Assembly: GCF_000281045.1 (NCBI RefSeq) | Contig: NW_008246127.1 | Span: 117,445 to 137,444, forward strand | Length of the DNA stretch: 20,000 nucleotides | Source: Saprolegnia diclina VS20 | Lineage: Eukaryota | Direction: 5' to 3' | Shown here: piece by piece, positions 11,042 to 20,000 of the stretch | How positions within the stretch are numbered: the stretch's first letter is position 1 | Layout: each line of letters starts with the position of its first letter | Made by a program: the position numbers and the translations under genes | The notes under the pieces: generated by a model | Databases searched by the model: none | Seen by the model: the letters and a program-made list of their open reading frames with translations, nothing else | What the model was told of the DNA's origin: nothing

Positions 11042-12073
11042 TTAAAACGACGCTGTCGTGCTGGCGCCCGAGACGGGCCGTGGCCGCCCGTACACTGGCT
11101 GCGAGTGGCTCGAGAGGTCGCTTCCAAACGTGCTCCGAAGGTCCACGGAGCTTTCGCCGGCGCTAAAGATGGACGACGACCCGTCAAAGTCGCGTGTCGT
11201 ACGTGGGTCGTCGTACCCCGTTGCAATCGAGCTCTGGGTTGGGCTCGGATAGTACTCGTCGAGCGGGATACTGCGCCGGCTGTACCCGCCGTAGACGTGG
11301 ATCCCTTCCGTCTCGCGCCAGAGTTCGCCAAGTGGCTCGGACGCCGTCGAGTGCGCGTGTCCGCGCGACGACCGCATGAGCGCCGACGAGTTGGTGCGTG
11401 GGTCCGAGGCCGTCCCGAGCGACTGCGTTTGCCACTTGAGCGGCGCGGGTGGCGTCATGGGCATCGGCGGGTCGACGTTCGGTCGGCCTTTTCGAGCTCG
11501 GTACCAGCAGCAAACGATAAAAAGCGCAACAAGAACGCTCCCACTGACGGCGAGGGCGACCACAAGCGTCTTGGGTGGTGGTGATGATGACGACGTGTCC
11601 TCGGACGACGGCGCGTCCGACGACGCTGCCGCCAGTGGGAGCTCGATGACGCTCCTTGGCACTGTCACTAGACAGCTCGCGTGCAACGTTGTGCGCTCGA
11701 CGCTGGTGTACACAAATGCCACAAGCTCGAGACGATGTACGCTATTGGCAGCTGGCGACGGGATGCTCACCGAGACGTTGTCGCCGGTACCCGTGATTCG
11801 CGCGGGAAGCCACGTCATGTTGGCCTCCGCGCCTTGCAATGCGTAGCCCATGGAAGCGTCGGCGATGGTCGCAATGTCGACTGCTGTCGTCGCCACGGAC
11901 CAGTCGATGACGAGCGACGCATTGGTCCATGTCGCGGCCGCGGCCGTCGTGAAGCGGCAGGGCGGCGTCGACTCTGGGCCTGGCCCAGCCTTGACCGGGG
12001 CGCACGAGGTGAGGACCGTCGGTATGGGGTCGGCGGCCACGACGGCGAGCGTCAGTAGCAGCACGCGTCGCAT
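11042..12073 (-). CDS. Type I membrane protein, ~343 aa: signal peptide, beta-rich ectodomain, TM, Ser/Thr-rich tail, no catalytic domain
   Basis: Signal peptide MRRVLLLTLAVVAA from ATG 12073, and a TM segment (LVVALAVSGSVLVALFIVCCWY) followed by RARK. Intronless ORF. Confidence 0.82.
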   Translation of the reverse strand: MRRVLLLTLAVVAADPIPTVLTSCAPVKAGPGPESTPPCRFTTAAAATWTNASLVIDWSVATTAVDIATIADASMGYALQGAEANMTWLPARITGTGDNVSVSIPSPAANSVHRLELVAFVYTSVERTTLHASCLVTVPRSVIELPLAAASSDAPSSEDTSSSSPPPKTLVVALAVSGSVLVALFIVCCWYRARKGRPNVDPPMPMTPPAPLKWQTQSLGTASDPRTNSSALMRSSRGHAHSTASEPLGELWRETEGIHVYGGYSRRSIPLDEYYPSPTQSSIATGYDDPRTTRDFDGSSSIFSAGESSVDLRSTFGSDLSSHSQPVYGRPRPVSGASTTASF

Positions 12074-12836
12074 CGCAAATAATCGCCACTGGACTTGCGA
12101 ATCAAAATTCGCAGAGGGGGTGCTAGAAAAAAGGGAGCACCAACCCGCGTACTGTATTACCCAGGCGACCCATCTCGACTCGACCCATCTCGCACGCGAG
12201 ATAGGCTCACTGGCGTACGCAGCACCGATCCGCCGCCACGCGAGGTGGATCACCTGCAGCAAGATCGGGGTGGGCGCGCTGCTTTTGCCATTGGACAGGC
12301 GCTTGGACCTTGGCGCGGTGGTGCATACGGTAGTCGCTCGAGGCGTAGTACCCATGTTGGCAACGCTATGTAGCAGTGCGGGACAGCGAGATCCGGGGCC
12401 ACTGGTGCCATGGGACCCATCATCGCTGTGGGTGCCTCGCGGTCCGACGTGGAGAAGAGGGTACCCCTACCGGCCCCCAATGATTGAAGCACGAGGGTGG
12501 GTGCCCATAAAAATCCGAATTCAAAGAAAAAGTGCAAATCGCGATCTTTGCGTAATGGGGGCATGAATGGACTGTGGACGAGGCTCGGTCGCGTCTCGAT
12601 CCCTACTTGCCTGAGCGCAGAAGCTACGTCCCCCATCCAACCTTCCAAAGGCCCATCGGCGTTGTTCACTCGCTGTCCGCCGGCCGCGTCCATTTACGGA
12701 CCCTTGCTCTGTCCGAGCAGCAGGACACTCTCGTGGAGGCAACTGTCCTCGCAGCTGCTGTCGGCAGCGATATCATCATGAGATGATATGGCGAATGTAC
12801 AGTGCAATCTCAAAGCGTTTTGAACTCGAACGGTGG

Positions 12837-15420
12837 TTATTCAAAAAGCGCCGGGTCCAGTTGGCACTTGATTTCGTTGCGCACTTGGCGCGCGGTCGGG
12901 CGGTCGTTGGGGTTCATATCGACGCAGCGCAATGCCAGCGCTTGGACCCACGGCGGGCACGACGAGGTAAACTTGGGTCGGAGGAGGCCGCGGCGGACCT
13001 TGTCGCCAATGCCAATGTCCGTGATGAGCTGGCCCTCGGGCGTGCGCTCGTTGTAGTACGGCACTTGGTGCGTGTCCATTTCGTTCAAGATCATGCCGAA
13101 CGAGTACATGTCGACCGCGACCGTGTAGTGCTTGCCCAAGATGATCTCGGGCGCCATCCAGCGGTACGTGCCGACGCCGCAGCTCATACTGCGCCCATCC
13201 ATCTCAATGTAGCGCGAGATGCCAAAGTCCGTGAGCTTGGCCGAGAGACGCCCCGCGTTCTGTAAGAGCACGTTGCGCGACTTGAGGTCGCGGTGGATGA
13301 TGTTGAGGTCGTGGATGTAGCAGAGCCCTTCGACAATGTCGAGTGCAATCAAGAGCTTCTCCGTCCACGCGGTCGAGAGCTCGGCGGCCGCCGCCGTCCG
13401 CGTCAAGTAGTTTTTGAGGTCGCCGCCGTTCATGTACTCGAGCACGAGCTTGATCTCGCACGACGGCATCCAGCTCGCGCCAATCATCTGGCAAATGTAG
13501 CGCGACCGAAGCCTACGCAATTACCCTCGGAGCTGACGCACGAGCACGGAATAAGAAGGAGCGTACGTGGTCATGATCTTCATCTCGTCGATAAAGACCT
13601 GGAGGTCCTCGGGCGTGTGCGACTCGAACGCGATGAGCGTCTTGATCGCGACGGGGTTGCCCTTGTAGAGCCCCCGCCACACTTCGCCAAATGCGCCTTT
13701 GGCGATCTCTTCGATAGGTTGGAGCTGCGTTTCTTCCACGCGCCACGGGCGGAGGTCGTGCAGGTTGAGCTTCTCGCCCATGAGATCCAAGATCGAGCTG
13801 TGGTGCATCGTCGAGTAGTTGCCGCGCACCGAGAAGCGCGACGGCCCAAACGTCGGGAGCGGTGCCACGTCATCGGCATTCGCGCTCGTCATCGCATCGA
13901 GAATCGCGTCACGGAGCTGCGTGGCCGTCGGGCGCTTGGCGGGTGTTGGGTCGACGCAGCGGAGACAGAGCTCTTCGACCCAGACGGGGCACGTCGACTT
14001 GAAGTTGGGGCGCATGCCGTGCTGCACAACGTCGATCGCGACCGCCATGTCGGTGAGCATCTGGCCTTGGCGGGACCGGCGGCTCCAGTACGGCACTTCG
14101 CGGCAGTCCATCTCAAAGAGAAGCATCCCAAACGAGTAAATATCGCTCGCTGGCGTCAGCGCAATTTGCTGGACGACCTCGGGCGCCGTCCAGCGGTAGA
14201 GCCCGATGGCTTGCGACATTTGGCGACTGTCGAGCTCCAACGTACTAGCATCAGCCATAAGACAACGGACCGTGAGAGAGTCGCTTGGTTGTACCGAGTG
14301 AGGCCAAAGTCAGCGAGCTTGCAGCCGACCCGGCCACTGTCGGCAGCGATAGGCCCAAGGAGAACATTGCGGCTCTTCAAGTCGCCGTGCGGCAGCCCGT
14401 AGCTGTGCAAGAGGCAGAGGCCTTGGGCAATGTCGAGTGCAAGCTCCGTGTAGGCTTCCCACGCCGAGCCGCCTGCCGGCGTCGTGCCGAGGTGTGTCTT
14501 GAGATCGCCATGCGGCATGTGCTCCATAACGATCTGGATCGACCCGGTGGCGAGGTACCGTCCACCGAGGACGTTGACGACATAAGGTGACGTCAGCCTA
14601 AGTCCATGAATAAGATTTCGCAATTAGGACGGAAGGACGAGGGGTACTTGGTGAGAAACGTGATTTCGCGCGTGAACGTCTCAATGTCTTCCTGCGACGG
14701 CTGCGAGTGGTGGCTCCGAATCGTCTTGAGCATGACGACGTGGCCGTGGTACATGGTCTTCCAGAGCTCGCTCACGCTGCTCGACGACGTCGCTTCCTGC
14801 GGCAGCAATGCAGCTTCGTCGATACCATGGCAGAAGAGCGTCGGGCTGTTGACGTTTGGCGACCGCGTCGGCTGCGTGACCGCTGCGTTACTCGAGGCGC
14901 GCTTCCGAAAGATGTTGGAGAAGATGCCAAGAACGGCGAGGACGGTCATACCGCACACAAGCGCGACGATCTCAAGACCCCCGGCAGCGACAGTCGCCGG
15001 CGTCGGACCTCGCAGCTGCCGCGTGAGCACCATCGTCGCAGGTTCGACCGTTGCTGCGCAGTTGTACGCGACCATGCCGCCGACAGAGACCATCAGTTGC
15101 GCGGAGAGCGGACCGTCGAACACTTCCGACGTGCCAAACGACGTGCGAAGACGCGCTTCGCCGACCATGACCACATCACCAGCGACAACTTGAGATTCAA
15201 CGCATGCTGCATCTGCGCAGGCCACAAGTTGGCTCGTGGCGCCGGGTGCGACGGCCGATGGCAGCGTCCAGTCGATCGTGATCGGGCCGTCCCGGGTGTG
15301 CCACGCGGCCGTGATCGTTGTCCACGCATTGGACTTTGCGTCGCCAGCGACGAGGCTGCAGCGCGCCGATGTCATTGCAGCGCCTAGCCGCGCGTGAGGT
15401 CTCAGCGAGGCCAGGTCCAT
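12837..15420 (-). CDS. Membrane-spanning TKL-family protein kinase with two tandem kinase domains. Introns at 14598-14647, 14245-14294 and 13513-13566. The start is uncertain (15430, 15420 or 15375).
   Basis: TM segment IVALVCGMTVLAVLGIFSNIF followed by RKR. KD1: VMLK, HGDLKSRN, DFG, WTAPE, SDIYSFG, RPTA. KD2: AKGAFGEVW, VAIK, HRDLKSRN, DFG, GTYRWMAPE, DMYSFG, RPTA. Confidence 0.92.
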
Positions 15421-15609
15421 TACCTATCATCCGTCGGGCCAAGCGTCTGGTACTGCCGTGGTTGTTGCACGATGCTGTGCCCTTTTTTGTCCTGGTTGAC
15501 TCCTTCAACTAGGCCAATTGAGCCTGAATAGGATACACCCACCGGAATTAACTTACAACCCGGGACCAACTTGAAGTTGCGCCAGTTACAAATTTGGAAG
15601 CGCCGGAGC

Positions 15610-18600
15610 TTACTTAGTCGATTTCCTCTTTCCGCGGGTCGACGATGCTTGGCGTAGGCCACCACGACGCGCAATTCGCTTCTTGAGCTCGGCCTTCTCT
15701 TCCGCCTTGCGCTTGGCAGCCTCGAGCGCGTCCAGCTCCTCCTGGCGCAAGCGGGCTTGCTCGCGCTCGGTCCAGCGCTGCACGTCCTCTTCGTAGCCCA
15801 TCCACGTGCGCTCGTTTTCTTCGCGGGCGCGCTCCAGCTGAAGCATGTACAAAGCCCGAGCTATTGCAGCGTCGCGCTTGCGCTGGTTGACCTCTTCGTT
15901 CTGCATGTCCAAGGTGGCGCGAATCTCGCGCTTCCGATCGAGCACGAGTGCGACCGCCGCGTCGCGACTTGCCTTGGCCGCCTTCTCGGCTTGAATCGTT
16001 TGTATCTGGGCTGTCGCTGCAATGTCGCGGAGTCGCTGGCAGGCCTCACGAAATGCGGAGGCCGAGTCGATCTCGTTTAGCGTGGGCAGCGAGAGGACCG
16101 CGGGGTCGTGGCGCCGGCGTCCAATGCCCGTGCCAACATCAACGTTCACCGCTCGAAGAAGCTCATCATTGTCGACGCCGCATGGTTCGTGGAACTTGCG
16201 GTGGTGCTCGCTCCACTCGTGGAGCTCCAATTGGGCGTCGGCGTCATCCGGAAAGACTGCGAGGATGCGCCGATAGTCGACAAGGGCCCGCGGGATCTGA
16301 CCCATGGCCGCGTACGCACGGGCCCGGTGCAAAAGAAGTGGCACAAGTACCGTTGTGACCGTCTCGTTGTCGTCACCGTCCGTCATAGCGCTCTGTGCCG
16401 TCGGCACGTGGCTCATTGCAGTGGTCCACATCTGGACCGCATTCGGATACTAGACACATGCAAACTCTAGTTCATGTGCAGATATACGAGTAGAGTGCAC
16501 CTCGCCGAGCTTGGCGTACAGCATAGCAAGCGTGTAGCTCGAGGTAGCAGGCTCCATACGCAGGCGCAGTGCCGTCTTGAGATCGCGCACGGCGTCGTCC
16601 CGCCAAAGGGCAATGTCGGTGCGAAGTTGCCCTTTCTGGGCGATTAGGTTTGCGATGTGGTCTTGGGACTCGCGGACAACGTCGGTGGGTCGCAGCGGTA
16701 CAGAGCGGGGCTTTTCGCCGATGCGACAACGTGTGTTCTGGAGCAGTGCATCTTCGTGCACGAGTCGTGCGACGTCGGCGGCTTCTTGGCTCACATGCTC
16801 GAGCTCCCGCAGCGCTGTCATAATCTACCACACGTCTTACGTTGGCTTCAGGCGGGAAGTATCTCTACCTGCTGGTAGCGGCAGATGCCTCGGTAAAAGA
16901 CTGAGACCGATCGAATATGCTGGTGCGTCGGAGGCAGCAAATTATACGGCCGCAACTTGGTATCGTAGAGTAACTCTGAGAAGAGCGCGTGCGCGGAAGC
17001 GTATTTGCCGCGGTCGACGTCGGCCTTGGCCTTGTACACGGCCGTCACGTACGCGTGGTAGTCGCAGTCGAGCGTCTCGAACGGGTTGTTGCTCAGATCC
17101 ACAAACGTCTCGACGTGGTGCTGAAGGTACGGTGGGCGCAGCACGAGCTGATTGGACGCCGCCGAGAGGAAAGTTAGCCGCCGAAGCTCGTGCACAGTCG
17201 ACGGCAAGTGCGTCAGCGCATTGTGCGACACGTCCAGATACTCGAGCAATGTCCAACGACCTAGTACATTGACACGCTCGATGCGAAGTTATGCTACTCG
17301 TCGAAGGCCGTACCCACGAGTTTGGGTAACGTCTGGAGTTGATTGTGATTGGCGCGAAGCGTCTTGAGCTTGGCGAGGTTGGTCACTGTCTCTGGCAGCA
17401 TTTGCAGCTGGTTGTACGACACATCGAGGATTTCGAGCGCTATTTCCACCACGTTGTACTTGGCGAAGGACTGTAGGAACGCAGTACCTTTAAGGCCAGC
17501 AATCTCGTCGGGCAGCGTCGAAAGCGCGTTGTGGGACAGAGAGAGCTCGGTGAGGCGATGGCAAGTGCACACAAGGGGCTCCAGCGCCTCCAACGCATTG
17601 TGGCTCAATCGCAACGTCGTGAGCACACCTTTGAGGCGCGTCAAACCCTTTGTCGGCAGAAATTGGATGCTGTTGTGCGAGAGATCGACGCTCGAGAGAC
17701 TCGGTAGCTGTGTTTTGGCAAACGTCCAGAAACCTTCGGGCAGCGCCGAGAGACTGCACGAGGCCATGTTCAGTGTCGTGAGCGCAAGCATGTCAGCAAG
17801 GTGGTTTGGAAATGCCACAAATGAGTTTTCCGAGAGAAGCAAGTGTGTCAAGGTGACGAGCGCCTTGGTGGCCTCAGGCAGCGACGCAAGGGCATTGAAG
17901 GTCAAGTTCAAGATGGAAAGTTGCGTGCAATCAGCAATACTAGGCCCAAATGCTATAAAACACGCAAACCGTCGATTTCGTACCTGGCTGGCACATCATT
18001 CAGAAGGTTGTGCGACGCATCCAGCGTGCGCAGTTGGCTAAGAAGACCGAGCGTATCGGGCAGTCGGCTTAGCTGGTTGTGGTGAAGGACCAGCGATTCG
18101 AGCTGACTCAAGTTCCCCACGTCCTCGCTGAGCTCCGTGAGTGCGTTCGCACTCATGTCCAGCGTGCGCAGCGCCATGCAGCTTTCGAGCATTGGCGGCC
18201 ATGCTCGAAGAGAGTTGTGCTGCAGCTGGAGCGTGTGCAGCTTGGAGAGAAGCCCAATTCCGACACCCCACGCACCCGTTTCTTTCAACAGTTTGAGGTC
18301 GCCTTCGACATACGGCAGCTCCACCAGCTTGTTGTGGCTCAGGTCCAAGTGTGTGAGGTTGCCTAGCTTCCAGAGACGCGGCGAGAAGGTGACGATGCAG
18401 TTGTGCGACGCGTCGAGGTGCTGCAGTGTCTTTGTCGTCTGGAGCCCGGGTGGAAGCGTTGCCAGAGCATTGTGGCTCACATTCAACTAGCAACACACTA
18501 AGGCTTAAGAGAACTAGTGTCGCACGTACGTAGACCAGTTTGGTGAGGTCTTGAATACCCGACGGAATGCGCGTGAGTCGGTTTTCCTATCGTCAAGTCG

Positions 18601-19733
18601 GAGGAGTATTCCTTGACGAATTGTACATTCAGCAGGAGACGCTCCAAATGATCCAGGTTCCAAATACGACTCGTGAGCTTGAGCGCCTGCAGACGACTCA
18701 TGTCGAGCTCCATCACGGGAATGTCCTCTAGCTCGAGGTCCTCGGCAGCATCAATAATGAGCTACGTTGGTCGTGTCGGGCAAACAAGATGTGACATCGG
18801 TCGTACCTGGCCTTTCGAACGAGGGTACGTGCGCTGGCCAATGCGGAAGGAGCGTCGACTGCTCTCGCTGCCGTCCATCTCATCCTTTGGCGCCGCGGTG
18901 GTTGATGCCGCCAAAATCGCTCGGTTGCTCGGCGTACAAGGAAAATTAGGACGCGCCCTACGATTCGATACGCGTCAGTTGCCTCTCGTACAATCAGGTG
19001 TTGCACGAACGCGAGAGACATGTTTGTTTGCACGTCAAGGTACGTCGTCGCGCCTGTTGCTGGGTCGAGAACAGGCACAAAGCGCTCGAGGAGCTGCTGC
19101 CGGACGCGCTCTCGGTCGCGCCGCCCTCGCCACGCTGCTTGCAGCAGAGTTGCGGCTCCATCTTCGTCCATCACGAAGGGCTTCCAGCTCGGACTTGCCT
19201 GCGGGCGCGTCCACGATGTCTCTTTGGTCGACTCGTTCACATAGTAGATATGCTGAGTCCCGTCATCAAAGGCCTCGGACCAGCCAGGCGGCAGTGAGCT
19301 CTCGGGCTCCTCGGCAGCGCCTCCTTCGTTGGGCGATGTTTTGGGTTTGATCTTGAGCCCCCGCGGCGTCATCCTAGTCTCTGCCCTGAGCAACATTCTA
19401 TTCCCATGCAGTGAATGCACCAGGAGGTCTCGCCCGTCTTGACGTTGTGGTAAAAGTACGCCTGCGTGGTAGGATCAAAGATGCGCTGGTAGATACTGTG
19501 CATCATTGTCTGGAGCCGAGCACGCGCTTGCTTGGCCCGATACATTTTTTGGATCAAAGTTGCCGCCGATTCGGTCGTGTGCGCAATGAGCGGCGGCAGT
19601 GTCCATGTCGTCTCGCCCGAGCTACGCACTCTCATGATATCTTGGTCGACGCGCCGCCTCGAGCCAACCTTCGGTTAAAGTAGTACGTATTGCCGCTCGC
19701 CGAGTCGACAGCCGCCTCCCAGCCAGCGCGCAT
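15610..19733 (-). CDS. Large multi-exon protein: WW and IQ repeats, ~20 leucine-rich repeats, TPR-like repeats, C-terminal coiled coil
   Basis: WW motifs GWEAAVDSASGNTYYFNRSSGETTW, YQRIFDPTTQAYFYHNVKTGETSW and LPPGWSEAFDDGTQHIYYVNESTKETSWTRP. IQ motifs LIQKMYRAKQAR and LLQAAWRGRRDR. LxxLxLSHNxL repeats at ~17075-18710. TPR-like LLHRARAYAAMGQIPRALVDYRRIL. E/R/K-rich coil at the end. Confidence 0.82.
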
Positions 19734-19866
19734 GACGCCTCTTGAAGATCCCGATTTGTGTCGTCGACTTCAAAAAGCCGGTTCAAGAAACATACATTCC
19801 GTCATGCTTGTATTATGGAACATAATGTCTTGTCAAAGAGAAGCGTAGTTGGTTGATGCGAGCAAA

Positions 19867-20000
19867 CTATTGGCGAAGACGCTTGGGGTACGACTTGCCC
19901 GGGCACTGGATCGTCGTCGAGCACAGCGGCGCTTTGGCTTGCGCATTCGCAAAGAGCGAAAACTCGAGGCGCGTCGGTGGCGCTGGCACACTGAGGTCCT
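19867..20000 (-). CDS. Possible terminal exon of an upstream minus-strand gene (partial)
   Basis: Open frame DLSVPAPPTRLEFSLFANAQAKAPLCSTTIQCPGKSYPKRLRQ* after a possible AG acceptor at the window edge. No recognisable motif. Confidence 0.3.
   Translation of the reverse strand, partial: DLSVPAPPTRLEFSLFANAQAKAPLCSTTIQCPGKSYPKRLRQ

Noticed and set aside
12074..12355. N-terminal extension of ORF 11042-12355
   Set aside because: A clear signal peptide begins at ATG 12073, and the upstream part looks like promoter/UTR.
13293..14402. 369-aa + strand ORF and many other long antisense or alternative-frame ORFs
   Set aside because: These are shadows of GC-rich coding sequence on the opposite strand. 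They have no motifs and overlap well-supported genes.
15567..15579. CAACTT-G-AAGTTG inverted repeat
   Set aside because: Too short to distinguish from chance, with no associated element.

Overview
Gene-dense, GC-rich eukaryotic DNA with many 39-56 nt GT-AG introns. The intron size and gene families (tandem Cys/His-GGG zinc fingers, TKL kinases, WW-IQ proteins) point to an oomycete, probably Saprolegniales-like (inference). I rebuilt spliced models by hand. In order: the 3' part of UPF1 (+); a RING-like protein (+); a small membrane protein (+); a bacterial-type peptidyl-tRNA hydrolase (-) head-to-head, across 63 bp, with an 8-exon KDO8P synthase kdsA (+); a tandem cyclic-nucleotide-binding protein (-); two single-pass receptor-like proteins (-) flanking a WRKY19-like zinc-finger protein (-); a membrane-spanning tandem-kinase TKL (-); and a large WW/IQ-LRR-TPR protein (-). 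I saw no RNA genes, CRISPR arrays or clear transposons. The most notable items are the intron-rich kdsA (metal-type Cys, KANRQ variant, GC-AG intron), the Pth with an NLS-like tail, and the dual-kinase receptor beside a kinase-less protein with a possibly related ectodomain.
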